64,000 nt of DNA, from IMG/VR virus record IMGVR_UViG_3300032236_000727, positions 1,906 through 65,905 of that record; one strand, 5' to 3'. The first letter of the stretch is position 1. The number at the start of each line of letters is the position of its first letter. Below the pieces are notes generated by a model, which had not been told where the DNA came from, made no database searches, and was given only the letters and a program-made list of their open reading frames with translations. This DNA comes from a virus (taxonomy: Duplodnaviria; Caudoviricetes). Positions 8,167 to 18,019 of the stretch are shown piece by piece. Both the position numbers and the translations under genes were made by a program.

Positions 8167-8468
8167 TGCAAACGATCACAACTAAATACCTGCCAGCAAC
8201 CAATAGCACTGGGACTCGCATCAAAGCTACCAGCTCCAGTGGTATCAGCATGACTTGTGCCTATGAATACGCCATGAGCGGTGAAGAGAACCACGAAGAG
8301 GTTGCCATGCGATTAGCTGAACGCCTTGAATGGGACTATGACTTTGCCGTGGGTGATATGCCCAATGGTTACGTATTCGTACCCGTTGATCACAGTCGCC
8401 TGCTGACAGTAAAGCATCGGATTGACAGCAAGAAAAACAATGCAACCCTTAACGTATGGAATAGCTAA
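8166..8468 (+). CDS. Hypothetical early phage protein
   Basis: 100 aa, translationally coupled (TAATG); the TKYLPATN..GTRIKA pattern recurs in phage early proteins. Confidence 0.7.
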   Translation: MQTITTKYLPATNSTGTRIKATSSSGISMTCAYEYAMSGEENHEEVAMRLAERLEWDYDFAVGDMPNGYVFVPVDHSRLLTVKHRIDSKKNNATLNVWNS

Positions 8469-8469
8469 T

Positions 8470-8775
8470 ATGAGCACAATGTACGAACCAATTGAGATTG
8501 AATACAAAAACCGTAAGCCGTCCAAGGCTGTCATTATGCGCACCTTGGCTGAGTACCTCAAGCAGGGTGCCAAGTCTTTTGACATTCGCTGGGGTGAGAA
8601 CTGGATTGAGATTGACTGGCATCCAAACCAAGAACAATGGTACGGGCGTGGTTGGATCAAGGATATCAGCGGTGACGGCCTAGCCAATGAGCTCAACGAG
8701 ATCCGTAAGCAGGCCATTAAAGAGATCCAGCAGTTTAAGAAAGACCATTTTCAATTTATCCATATTGGAGGGTAG
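8470..8775 (+). CDS. Hypothetical early protein
   Basis: ORF 8422-8775; likely start at ATG 8470, right after the previous stop. Confidence 0.65.
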   Translation: MSTMYEPIEIEYKNRKPSKAVIMRTLAEYLKQGAKSFDIRWGENWIEIDWHPNQEQWYGRGWIKDISGDGLANELNEIRKQAIKEIQQFKKDHFQFIHIGG

Positions 8776-8776
8776 C

Positions 8777-8953
8777 ATGATCAGAGTACAGACTCGGGTG
8801 CAGGACGGCGCACTGTTATTTATCCAAGATGATGGATCTAAAGCTTTACATCCTGAGGATTTTGAGTATAATGGCAGGGAGTATTACTTTTTAGGCGGGT
8901 GTTATTATGACCTTGAGCCTGACTTGATTAAACATATTTGGAGAATAAAATGA
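8777..8953 (+). CDS. Hypothetical early protein
   Basis: RBS GGAGG and ATG at 8777 within ORF 8687-8953. Confidence 0.55.
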   Translation: MIRVQTRVQDGALLFIQDDGSKALHPEDFEYNGREYYFLGGCYYDLEPDLIKHIWRIK

Positions 8954-9207
8954 GATCATTAAATTCAATCTGCCGTGCACGCGATGAGGCTCGTTACATC
9001 AGCCGTAGTTGGTCTAATCAATCCGCGCCTGACGTGGCTGGTTACGTACACTTTGACGAGCCAGTAAAGTCACCCGATGACATGATCGCTACATGGGTTA
9101 AGGGTGAGGATGGTTTGTTGCATAAGACCATGATCACACGCGCCCAGTTTGATGCAGATTTTCAAGCCATGTTGGCTAAGAATAGAGAGGAGGCATTAAA
9201 ACCATGA
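8950..9207 (+). CDS. Hypothetical early protein
   Basis: RBS GGAG; ATG overlaps the previous stop. Confidence 0.6.
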   Translation: MRSLNSICRARDEARYISRSWSNQSAPDVAGYVHFDEPVKSPDDMIATWVKGEDGLLHKTMITRAQFDADFQAMLAKNREEALKP

Positions 9208-9303
9208 TTACAGCATATTTTAAAGACGACAAGGGGCAGACCCTTGTCATTGACGCGCCAACGTTCTCTAGCGCCTATCAACGCGCCCTAGAGCTGGACT
9301 TTT

Positions 9304-9507
9304 ATGTGTATGACTATGACACTGAGGAGTGGGATAATGAATGATACTGTGGACGTTTTTATTGCTGATCCTGACGCACCATTCACCTGCCCGTATGATG
9401 GGGCGCGGACTGATGCAGTCAGTGATAATGGCGTGGTGTATAAAGAGCGATGCCTGCACTGTAAACAACTGATCTATTTTGAGTTTGACGAAGAGGGGGT
9501 AGAATAA
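9304..9507 (+). CDS. Small Cys-containing (CxxD...CxxC) early protein
   Basis: ORF in operon orientation; start may be 9337. Confidence 0.5.
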   Translation: MCMTMTLRSGIMNDTVDVFIADPDAPFTCPYDGARTDAVSDNGVVYKERCLHCKQLIYFEFDEEGVE

Positions 9508-9743
9508 TGAAAACGACATACTACTACGGCAATATTGAGATGGGCAACTTTAGAGTCGGTGATGGTGAGCCAAGCCCACTGGCAATCCTCCATCGCATCA
9601 ACCTAGTCAGGGAGTTTGAGACACCCGAGCAGGCATGGCAGTTTTATGTAGACTCTAACGGAGAGCACGAGTCATATATTTCTGTTGACTCTGTTGACGA
9701 GTTCGGTGTAAAATATGAGCTCGTATTTAAGAGGCACGCATAA
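9507..9743 (+). CDS. Hypothetical early protein
   Basis: 78 aa, coupled TAATG start. Confidence 0.55.
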   Translation: MKTTYYYGNIEMGNFRVGDGEPSPLAILHRINLVREFETPEQAWQFYVDSNGEHESYISVDSVDEFGVKYELVFKRHA

Positions 9744-9851
9744 TGGTACTATTGGCGGTAATGGTAAGGGACAGCAAAACCAAGACAAACCATGAGCATG
9801 AATTTTTTGGCTATGATGCTAAAGAGGCACTCGAAGACGGAAAAGAAGAGC

Positions 9852-9880
9852 TTGATATATTGTATCCAAAGGGGTATACT
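9852..9880 (+). promoter_or_regulatory. Host sigma70-type promoter
   Basis: TTGATA-N17-TATACT upstream of the 9910 ORF and the sigma-like gene. Confidence 0.6.
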
Positions 9881-9909
9881 ATATCTATAACACAACAAAG
9901 GAAAATATT

Positions 9910-10173
9910 ATGATTGACATTATCGACCAGTACGGATCAGTAAGCCAGCAAATTGCTGAATTAGAAGAGATCAAGTCCAAGCTCAAGGCAGAGCTTATCG
10001 CCCGGGGTGTTGGAACTTACGAGGGCTCACAATTCTTTGCCGAGGTGCAGGAGTATAACCGCGAAAATATCAGCGCGCCACTGGTACGCAAACTGAGCAA
10101 TGACGAGTTTGTCAGATCAGTAACAACTGTCCAACACATCAAGGCGGTTGTGGTCAAACGGCTTGAGTTATGA
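9910..10173 (+). CDS. Hypothetical early protein with an N-terminal coiled coil
   Basis: 87 aa, RBS AAGGA. Confidence 0.65.
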   Translation: MIDIIDQYGSVSQQIAELEEIKSKLKAELIARGVGTYEGSQFFAEVQEYNRENISAPLVRKLSNDEFVRSVTTVQHIKAVVVKRLEL

Positions 10174-10481
10174 GCCAGTACAGATACATACTTATTGACC
10201 AATTTGGAGGGGCGTGCAGGAAGTTTGTGTCTAAACTGGAAGCTACCCCTTACCTTACCGATGGAATGGTCTTAAAGGCACTACCACGTGCCCCAAAAGA
10301 CAATCCATACCAAGTAGCATTAACCATATTACAGGAGGCATTGTTTTGAAGATCATCGGATTTCTTATCACGCTTGTATCAGTATTCTTAATCAGCGAGG
10401 GCAGTAACGAGCCCAGTGACTATCTATGGCTAGTCATTGGCATTCTGTTTTTGTACCCGCAAATCATCGGAAAGGTCTTTA

Positions 10482-11057
10482 ATGGCAAGCAACAATAACG
10501 ACATCAAAAGCGACTACCTAAAATCCCTGTACGGCATACCAACACTGTCAACCAAGGAGGAGCATAGACTCGCGCAGTTAATTGCAGAGGGGGATGATGA
10601 TGCCTTGGAAAAGCTAGTCACCCATAATCTACGCTTTGTCCCGCACGTTGTCACTAAAATGCCAGCGTGGCAACATAGCAAGATGCCGATGGAGGATATT
10701 CTAGCCATCGGTAACGAGATGCTACTAATTGCCGCCAAACGCTGGAGACCGCACGCTAATGTACCATTCGCTGGGTACGCTCGCCCGTTTATTGAACGCG
10801 GTGTACGTAGGGAGCTGGACAATACTGCAAATATTATTCGACTGCCAGTGAACATTATGGAGGCATTAAAACGCATGAACTACAACGAGAGGGCACTGTT
10901 GCAGGTCTTAGGACGTAAGCCAACAGTTGAAGAGCTAGCGACTATACTGGGCACTACCACAAACAGGGTGCACCAGCTCAGGGGCTATATATCCCGTGAG
11001 CCGATTAGCCTAGACAATATTGAGAACGAAAAACATTTTGAGGAGAGTGAAGAATGA
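10482..11057 (+). CDS. Sigma70-family factor with regions 1.2, 2 and 3 only (no region 4)
   Basis: PTLSTKEEHRLA..GDDDALEKLVTHNLRFV; DILAIGNEMLLIAAKRW; IIRLPV; LGRKPTVEELA; ends shortly after ISLD. Confidence 0.85.
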   Translation: MASNNNDIKSDYLKSLYGIPTLSTKEEHRLAQLIAEGDDDALEKLVTHNLRFVPHVVTKMPAWQHSKMPMEDILAIGNEMLLIAAKRWRPHANVPFAGYARPFIERGVRRELDNTANIIRLPVNIMEALKRMNYNERALLQVLGRKPTVEELATILGTTTNRVHQLRGYISREPISLDNIENEKHFEESEE

Positions 11058-11428
11058 CAATGCAAAAGGTAAAACTTACACCCAACAACTGGACGCCCGA
11101 GCAACAAAAAGCATACGCTCGTTTTATTACAGCACGCGATAAGGTAGGACTAGTACGTACAACTGGCTATGCCAAACGCAAATGGATCAGGACGGCTGAC
11201 TATGACACAGTAGACATCGCGAACATGAACCACCCTATGTTTGCACTGAACGAGGACTGGCAGGAGTACAGGGAGGCATCACTTGCTTGGTGGGCGGTTG
11301 AGCCTGAGTTTAGAAAGAACGAGCGTATGAGCGCGATTCGTGGTGACTATGGTGCCAGTGATAGCTGGAACGAAGAGTCTCCTAGGGTACGTGACACTTA
11401 TTCCATGTTAGAGGGAGATCTAGAATGA
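11054..11428 (+). CDS. Hypothetical protein
   Basis: 124 aa, ATGA overlap with the sigma-like gene. Confidence 0.7.
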   Translation: MTMQKVKLTPNNWTPEQQKAYARFITARDKVGLVRTTGYAKRKWIRTADYDTVDIANMNHPMFALNEDWQEYREASLAWWAVEPEFRKNERMSAIRGDYGASDSWNEESPRVRDTYSMLEGDLE

Positions 11429-11625
11429 GAACAGTAATTCCAAGCGACGTGTACGATACCGAGGGTAATCTTATACGCATAGACTTTTACACCGAGGACG
11501 GTAAGTGCGAGATTGACGCATTGTGGGATCCATCCGACCCCCAGGACACAGAGCACCGTATTGCCTTTAGAAAGTGGGCGTACGACTTCATAGAGCGCAA
11601 CAAGGACTATAAGGTGGTGGTATGA
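11425..11625 (+). CDS. Hypothetical protein
   Basis: 66 aa, ATGA overlap. Confidence 0.6.
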   Translation: MRTVIPSDVYDTEGNLIRIDFYTEDGKCEIDALWDPSDPQDTEHRIAFRKWAYDFIERNKDYKVVV

Positions 11626-11719
11626 TGGACGACTTTGACCCATGGTTTAAGCTTTTCCTATTATTGGTGGCTATATACTTTTTAGGGCATATAGGATTAG
11701 TTCTGATTGGTTTTTAGTT

Positions 11720-11914
11720 ATTTGCTCCTAGGGTTGCTAGGGTTGCTAGGGTATAATTCCAGTTTATATACCCACACTTCGTTTTTATTTAAATTATTTA
11801 AAAGTAATAATAAGGCGTGCAACCCTAGCAACCCAAGCAGAAATGCTCTAAGTCCTTGATTTATATAGGGTACCTACCCGCAGGAGTAAAGGAGTTGGTG
11901 GAAGTTATTGATTT
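11720..11914. repeat. Origin-like element copy 2, immediately upstream of the primase-helicase
   Basis: Inverted TAGGGTTGC iterons around an AT-rich core; IHF-like AATCAA-N4-TT sites; direct repeat of 6603-6827. Confidence 0.75.
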
Positions 11915-11932
11915 ATATAGCTTTTTTATTTA

Positions 11933-11974
11933 TTTTATATGGTGAAATGCCAACACACCATATTTTGCATTATT
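11933..11974 (+). promoter_or_regulatory. Phage middle-class promoter (TGCATTATT) with an upstream TTTTATATGGTGAAA box
   Basis: -10-type motif at 11966-11974; no GGGCG at the 16-nt spacing. Confidence 0.65.
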
Positions 11975-11996
11975 GTATCTGACTAGAAAGGATTAC

Positions 11997-14306
11997 ATGA
12001 GCGACACTAAACCTTATTGCCTACCAGTACAACTCTCCAACATTCCCATTGAGCTACGTAAAGTGGCACGCTGGGTGATGTGGTCTTTTGTACAGGTTGG
12101 CGACGGTGATAATAAGAGATGGGCTAAGATGCCACTCCAGACCAGTGGCAAGTCAGCCTCATCCACCAATCCAGCAACATGGACAGACTTTATCAGCGCC
12201 GAACAGGCGTATAACACCGACAAGTTTGACGGCATTGGCTTTGTGTTTAACGAGGACGATAATTTAGTAGGGATTGACCTTGACGATTGCTTTAATGGCA
12301 CCGAGGGCGTTTTCATAAATGCTGCAATGCAGCAATTAGCCGACAAGGTAGACGGTTATATGGAGATCAGTCCATCGGGCACGGGTGTTAAGATATTCAC
12401 CCGCTCAGAACCGTTTGCATCACACGCGGATCACTCAATTGGCTTTGAGGCTTACTCAAAGGGACGATTCTTTACCGTAACAGGTCAGCATATCTCAGGC
12501 ACTATTCCGCAAGATGCGCAGGACTTGACCAGCATTATCCCTGAGCGCACCATGCGTGCGACAGGTGATGCGTTTGGTGACTACACGCCGCCGCTTGAGG
12601 ACTATGATATTACCCGCGTTGAGAATGAGATCTTGGCGCATATTAACCCTGAGTGTGGCTACCATGAGTGGCTTAAGGTAGGCGCGATTCTACACCACCA
12701 GTTTCACGGTGACGTTGAGGCGTGTGAGGCATGGGATCGTTGGAGCGCAACAGGCTCGTCCTACACCTCAACAGGTGACTACTCGTGCGAGAATAAGTGG
12801 AGGACGTTTAAGGGATCGGGCGCGACACTGCGCTCACTCTTATTCCAAGTCAACCAACAGGCACGCACACAGGCGCTTGCACGTGGTGAGATTATCCTTG
12901 ACAACGGCGCGATGAACCACGCCCGTACGTTCTTGGACAATTACTACACCAGCGAGGAGGGCTATAAGTTAGTGCACTACGCCGATGACTTTTACATCTA
13001 CGTTGGCACTCACTACGAGGTGATTGAGGAGGCGACTATTCGTTCTAAGGTGTACGCCTTTTTGGACAAGTGTAAGAAGAGTGGCAAGCAGGGCGCGTTG
13101 GTGCCGTTTAACCCATCACCAGCGACGGTATCAGGCGCACTGGACGCGATTAAGTCTATCGTTCACTTGCCTAACCACCCGAACACCAAGCCACCGATTT
13201 GGCTAGAGGAGTATGCTGTATCTAAACCATCAGCCTCTAAGCTTGTCAGTCTTAGAAACGGTATCTTTCACCTAGAGGACTCTATACTGATCCCGCACTC
13301 ACTGGGTTTCTTTACACAAAACTCATTGCCCTTTGAGTATGATCAGTCAGCGCAGTGCCCTACATGGATGGGCTTTTTGTCATCCGTATGGCCTGACGAT
13401 CAGGAGTCGATTGACTGCTTGCAGGAAATGTTTGGCTATATTTTATCGGGAGATACGAGACAGCAAAAATTCTTTAACATTATCGGACCTCGCCGATCAG
13501 GCAAGGGGACAATCAACAAGGTGCTAGTCGCGCTGTTAGGTCAGCACAATACAGTGGCACCAGAACTAGGAGAACTCTGTGATACCTTTGGCCTACAACC
13601 TTGGCTTGGTAAGCTGCTCGCTAGTTTTACTGATGCAAGAGCACCTGAGAGAAATAGATCTGCTGTTGTATCTCAACTTTTGCGTATTGTTGGGGGTGAT
13701 ACCATTACTGTCAACAGGAAGAATAAAGAAAGCTGGAACGGCTATTTGCCTACTCGTCTGGTTATTTATTCTAACGAGGTGTTGCAGCTAACAGAGAACT
13801 CTAACGCGTTAACAGGTCGTATGGTTGTGTTAAAGATGACCAAGTCATTCTTTAACAAGGAGGACACCGACCTCGCGCACAAGTTAGAGCAGGAGTTAGG
13901 CGGCATCTTTAACTGGGCTATGGACGGACTCAAGCGTCGTATTGCTAGAGGCGGTCACTTTGTACAGCCAACATCAGGCAAGGAGTATCTTGACCTCATG
14001 GCTGAACTGGGCAACCCTATCGGCACTTTTGTTGAGGATGCACTGGAGTTTGACCCCAAGGCAATTGTCCGCAAGGAGGACGTGTTTGCCTGCTTTAAAC
14101 ACTGGGCGCTTAAGAAGTCAATGAGCCCGGGCACAGAGCAGGCATTCAAGCGCAGATTCTTAGCGGCAACTCAGGAAAACTACGTGATGGCTCAACAGGT
14201 GCAGATCAAGGGCGAGCGATCACAGGTCTACTTGGGTATTAGACTTAACGAGAAGGCACAGAAGTATGTTGACTCGATTGAGACTTTTGACGAGAGTGTA
14301 TTTTGA
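11997..14306 (+). CDS. Primase-polymerase / PriCT-2 / D5-like SF3 helicase fusion
   Basis: GIDLDD and EISPSGTGVKI primase motifs; YHEWLKVG..LH...WDRWS; Walker A GPRRSGKGT. Confidence 0.9.
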   Translation: MSDTKPYCLPVQLSNIPIELRKVARWVMWSFVQVGDGDNKRWAKMPLQTSGKSASSTNPATWTDFISAEQAYNTDKFDGIGFVFNEDDNLVGIDLDDCFNGTEGVFINAAMQQLADKVDGYMEISPSGTGVKIFTRSEPFASHADHSIGFEAYSKGRFFTVTGQHISGTIPQDAQDLTSIIPERTMRATGDAFGDYTPPLEDYDITRVENEILAHINPECGYHEWLKVGAILHHQFHGDVEACEAWDRWSATGSSYTSTGDYSCENKWRTFKGSGATLRSLLFQVNQQARTQALARGEIILDNGAMNHARTFLDNYYTSEEGYKLVHYADDFYIYVGTHYEVIEEATIRSKVYAFLDKCKKSGKQGALVPFNPSPATVSGALDAIKSIVHLPNHPNTKPPIWLEEYAVSKPSASKLVSLRNGIFHLEDSILIPHSLGFFTQNSLPFEYDQSAQCPTWMGFLSSVWPDDQESIDCLQEMFGYILSGDTRQQKFFNIIGPRRSGKGTINKVLVALLGQHNTVAPELGELCDTFGLQPWLGKLLASFTDARAPERNRSAVVSQLLRIVGGDTITVNRKNKESWNGYLPTRLVIYSNEVLQLTENSNALTGRMVVLKMTKSFFNKEDTDLAHKLEQELGGIFNWAMDGLKRRIARGGHFVQPTSGKEYLDLMAELGNPIGTFVEDALEFDPKAIVRKEDVFACFKHWALKKSMSPGTEQAFKRRFLAATQENYVMAQQVQIKGERSQVYLGIRLNEKAQKYVDSIETFDESVF

Positions 14307-14557
14307 AAAAGTTTAGATTTCCCCGTATCATCAAGCGCAAGCTTTTTAACACCATATTTGGTGGTGTTGGAAGGCGGCGTTTGATAACGGATTACTACAA
14401 GATACATGTAGTCAACCCACGTAAACGCCGAACCAAAATGCAAAAATTACGACGTTCGCATCAAGGTTGGCGTAACAGAATCTACGGCTCAATAACGGCG
14501 CAAAAGATTCGTAAAGTATTCGGTAGACGAAAACCAATAGCACAGTTTAGGAGATAG
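14303..14557 (+). CDS. Small, very basic protein
   Basis: 84 aa, Arg/Lys-rich, overlaps the primase stop. Confidence 0.5.
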   Translation: MKKFRFPRIIKRKLFNTIFGGVGRRRLITDYYKIHVVNPRKRRTKMQKLRRSHQGWRNRIYGSITAQKIRKVFGRRKPIAQFRR

Positions 14558-14856
14558 TATGGACTACAAAGATTTATCAGTAAGTGGATTTACATTTAGG
14601 TTTATTAAAGAGGATAATGAGTGGGTGTGTAAGATGCCAACGTGGTTGATTAACGCTGCAGAGGAAGTACTTAGCGCCGCTCATAGCAGAGAACAACGGC
14701 TACAGCAGCTATTAGACGAGGACAGAGAATGACTAACGAAAATCAAAAACCAGTGACCGATGAGTACCGCAACAACTGGGAACAAGTGTTTAAAAAAAGC
14801 AGCATCACAACTAAGACAGCCGAGTTGGAGGACTACCAAAAACTCGCACAAGAGAT

Positions 14857-15069
14857 TTGGTTCAAAGACGGCTCATGCACAGGAGGAAAACCAGAATGAA
14901 CGCACATGAACTAGCAGACTTAATTGACAGTGGGATATTCCCCGATGGCGCGTTAAAGTTAGCTACCAAAATGCTCCGCGACCAAGCCAACGAGATTGAC
15001 AGTTTGCAACAACATTTTGACAAGGCGCTGGACTTTTTGACACGCCTTAACACCGGGGGAAGACAGTAA
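14857..15069 (+). CDS. Hypothetical protein (likely start at ATG 14896)
   Basis: RBS AGGAGG upstream of MNAHELAD. Confidence 0.55.
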   Translation: MVQRRLMHRRKTRMNAHELADLIDSGIFPDGALKLATKMLRDQANEIDSLQQHFDKALDFLTRLNTGGRQ

Positions 15070-15214
15070 TGCTCACTGTAAAGCAATACCTAGATATCTT
15101 TAAGTTCTCAAAGCTTGACGATCTAAAACACATCAAGCGCGTGTTGTTTATGTCACACAGCACCGAAGATCTAAAGAACCGTTATGACGCAGTAAAAATT
15201 GCACTGGGGGAAGA

Positions 15215-15436
15215 ATGAATGATAGAGACTATTTTGCAGCCACCATTATGAGCGGTATCTGTGCTGGCGATTGGAAGCTAAACATCGAAGAGGGCAGCAC
15301 TTGGGATGAAGTAGCAGCTAAGCGTTGCTACGAGATTGCCGATGCGATGATTAAACACCGTGACATTACAGAAGTCAACGAGGCAGACTTTGTACGCAAC
15401 GCTAAGCTAAGAGACATTGCAGGCGAAGAGCTATGA
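15215..15436 (+). CDS. Conserved hypothetical phage protein
   Basis: The RDYFAA..M.G...A..CY.IADAM pattern is common in proteobacterial phages. Confidence 0.65.
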   Translation: MNDRDYFAATIMSGICAGDWKLNIEEGSTWDEVAAKRCYEIADAMIKHRDITEVNEADFVRNAKLRDIAGEEL

Positions 15437-15773
15437 CCACCTTCACCACACAAGATCGGCAAGATGCGCAACGCACTCCGTTGACTGATGAGGAAGTATG
15501 GTTATTGATGGAAGAATACAATCTAAAATGGAGTGGCTATACTGATTTGGTTTTAAGGTTCGCCCGCGCCATCGAACGCGCCCACGGAATAGGAGAATAG
15601 GATGACTGAGTACGAATTTCTAGTGTCTGGTGACGCAGAAGAGTGGACTGAGGAAGAAAAGCAATTAGTCATCAAGCGCCACGAACAGCAAAAGAAAGAG
15701 TTTAATGAGCGTTGGAAGGGTATTGTGTTTGAAACAGTGGGCAATCACTTTGCCGTAAAGACAGGAGATAGCA

Positions 15774-16247
15774 ATGATTAAAAATATATTGTTGATTTTT
15801 GCATTATTGTTATTACCACAAACAATTTGTCTCGCTGATGAAATGGCTGTTTCAGCCGCGCCGTTAGATAATCCTAGCGGTAGTCGGTGCAAGGTAGTGC
15901 TATCAGACTACCGTGCAGGCTCAGCAGCGCAGTATGTTGGTAGTTGTGGGTGGACAGGTCTTAATGGAACAGCAGCCTATGTGCAGGGTTGGAACCATTC
16001 AAACCACATTAAGGTAGTACGTGGTCAGTTTGTATCGGGGCGTGTTGATTCATTTGCCAAGGTGACATACATCAACAAGGTAAATAATGTTGTGCAAACA
16101 TACGAGGAAAACAGCTATATGTCACGCAACTTTACAACATACCAACTAGGAGACCTATTAGCAGACGCGCATCAGTCCGGATTAAATTTTGACAACACAG
16201 TATCGGCCTACATTAAACTGGCGAACTATATTGACATAAGGGAATAA
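15774..16247 (+). CDS. Secreted or periplasmic protein
   Basis: Hydrophobic N-terminal signal peptide; RBS AGGAG. Confidence 0.6.
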   Translation: MIKNILLIFALLLLPQTICLADEMAVSAAPLDNPSGSRCKVVLSDYRAGSAAQYVGSCGWTGLNGTAAYVQGWNHSNHIKVVRGQFVSGRVDSFAKVTYINKVNNVVQTYEENSYMSRNFTTYQLGDLLADAHQSGLNFDNTVSAYIKLANYIDIRE

Positions 16248-16248
16248 A

Positions 16249-16557
16249 ATGAAAAAGATAATCGCAATAATTTCTGTATCAGGCTTAGCTGCCTGCTCAT
16301 CAGCACCACCACAGCAAGTCTTTATGCAACCGACTAACGGGCAAAATGTGCCTATCACCTCAGTGGCAAACATTCCTGCCATTTCGTTTTTATACGATCC
16401 AGACGTCTCGCAAATGTCAAGAATACAGGTAATTGACGCTGTACGTACGTGTGAAGACTCAGGCCTAAGAGCATCGCCCGTTACCGCACGTCGCCGTATT
16501 ACTGGACAAACATCTGATGTTGTTGTCGACATTCAGTGTCTACCACGTTACCGTTAA
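16249..16557 (+). CDS. Lipoprotein
   Basis: MKK, hydrophobic stretch, then lipobox LAAC. Confidence 0.7.
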   Translation: MKKIIAIISVSGLAACSSAPPQQVFMQPTNGQNVPITSVANIPAISFLYDPDVSQMSRIQVIDAVRTCEDSGLRASPVTARRRITGQTSDVVVDIQCLPRYR

Positions 16558-16694
16558 GGAGATAATATGATTAATGTTATTGTCGGGTTTTTACTTGGAT
16601 TTTTCGTAGCCACAATGGGGCTCACTGGTGTTGCAAAAGCAATTGATGGTGTGATTGACAAAGTTAAAACAACTAGCATTACGATTGAATCAAA

Positions 16695-16895
16695 ATGACT
16701 GAAATCGCGCTATCATTCTTCATCGGCTTTTTAATCGGCTTGGTTATGCGTCCAAAAGATAAAGACGTTCAGGAGGATTACGCACTGTACAATCGGCAGA
16801 TCAAAGCGCACGAAGAAACCATTCAATACTACAAAGACCTATGCAAATGGCACGTTGAACAAAGGAGCTATCATGACCAAACTAAAGGTGGTTAA
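16695..16895 (+). CDS. Small membrane-anchored protein
   Basis: N-terminal TM segment. Confidence 0.55.
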   Translation: MTEIALSFFIGFLIGLVMRPKDKDVQEDYALYNRQIKAHEETIQYYKDLCKWHVEQRSYHDQTKGG

Positions 16896-17136
16896 GCCAG
16901 CGATTAAAGAAAAGACTGGTAAAGTAATACCTGCCAAGTCAGTAAAAGAAAGCCACGATGACATCATCAAGCGTGAAGGTAAAGCAGCTAAGGGAGCTAA
17001 GCGTGAGTTTTTGTTGTCAGATAAGACCGTAGCCACCCGTACCAAAGCAGCCAAGGTGGCTAAAGAGGCTGGTGAAGTAAAGCATCCAGGTAAAAAGCTA
17101 CACAGCCACGAGCTGCGTAAGGGATTAAAGAAATGA
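16855..17136 (+). CDS. Small Lys-rich basic protein (likely start 16873)
   Basis: RBS AAGGAG before MTKLK. Confidence 0.6.
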   Translation: MNKGAIMTKLKVVKPAIKEKTGKVIPAKSVKESHDDIIKREGKAAKGAKREFLLSDKTVATRTKAAKVAKEAGEVKHPGKKLHSHELRKGLKK

Positions 17137-17348
17137 CAAAAAGAAAACAAGTTGATGTAGAGTTTGTCCCTGGGTGGGCAGATGAGATGGAACTTAGCCA
17201 AGAAGAATACGACGCCCTAATAGACGGCATTAAACAACTAGTAGCCACAGGAGAGATCTTTGAAAACAGCACACCAATCGACGAACTGCCAGAAGAAGAG
17301 CAGCAAGAGATACTGGAACAAATTAGCAGAAAAAACACGCGTCACTAA
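17133..17348 (+). CDS. Small acidic protein
   Basis: 71 aa, ATGA overlap. Confidence 0.6.
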   Translation: MTKRKQVDVEFVPGWADEMELSQEEYDALIDGIKQLVATGEIFENSTPIDELPEEEQQEILEQISRKNTRH

Positions 17349-17931
17349 GCTGCCATACTATATTGCGGACACTGGACACTTTGGCATTAAGATCAAGGTC
17401 TGTTTTTCTGACCCAGCATTTCAGCAGGCAGTCAAGGACTCTAAGATCACAACACGCCACCAATCCTTAGATGTTGGCTTGGCAGAGTCTCACTTTATTG
17501 AACAAGAGGGCACTACCTTTGCCATGTTAGCCATCGTGTTTAACTACGAGGAGATGGCAAAGTGTGATGCATTAGAGCGACTTGGTGTTATTTACCATGA
17601 GGTAAGCCACACAGTCACACACGTCTTTGCTTACATCGGCGAAGAAGAAACTAAAGTAGGCGATGAGTCACGCTCCTACCTTGGCGAACATATTTTTAAA
17701 CAGGTGTTTAGCATCTACGCCACCGAGGAGGATAAGCGTGAACGTGCTGGAAAAAGAGATCGAGAAGCATTTAACAAACTTGGTGAAAAAGTCAAAGGGT
17801 CTAAGTTACAAGTGGATCAGCAGCGTGACCGGAGTCCCGGATCGTCTAGTATTTCTAAACCAAAGAGTGTATCTCGTGGAGCTAAAAACAGCGACGGGGA
17901 AATTGAGTCCGAGACAAGAACTGGTTTTTGA
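17260..17931 (+). CDS. HExxH putative metallopeptidase-like protein; start uncertain
   Basis: IYHEVSH motif; the C-terminal tail overlaps the VRR-NUC gene. Confidence 0.55.
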   Translation: MKTAHQSTNCQKKSSKRYWNKLAEKTRVTKLPYYIADTGHFGIKIKVCFSDPAFQQAVKDSKITTRHQSLDVGLAESHFIEQEGTTFAMLAIVFNYEEMAKCDALERLGVIYHEVSHTVTHVFAYIGEEETKVGDESRSYLGEHIFKQVFSIYATEEDKRERAGKRDREAFNKLGEKVKGSKLQVDQQRDRSPGSSSISKPKSVSRGAKNSDGEIESETRTGF

Positions 17932-18019
17932 CCAACTAGGCGAGGCAGGATTTCCAGTGCATATACTGCACTCCAAAGAGGACGTTGAGGATTTTATAAA
18001 TGAAGCAACAGCACATTAG
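17738..18019 (+). CDS. VRR-NUC domain nuclease
   Basis: EKEIE..., GVPDRL, VELK...GKLSPRQ; RBS GGAGG and GTG start. Confidence 0.85.
   Translation: MNVLEKEIEKHLTNLVKKSKGLSYKWISSVTGVPDRLVFLNQRVYLVELKTATGKLSPRQELVFDQLGEAGFPVHILHSKEDVEDFINEATAH

Noticed and set aside
15484-15495. CTGATGAG as a third hammerhead core
   Set aside because: Lies in a small ORF; no flanking stems or correctly placed GAAA
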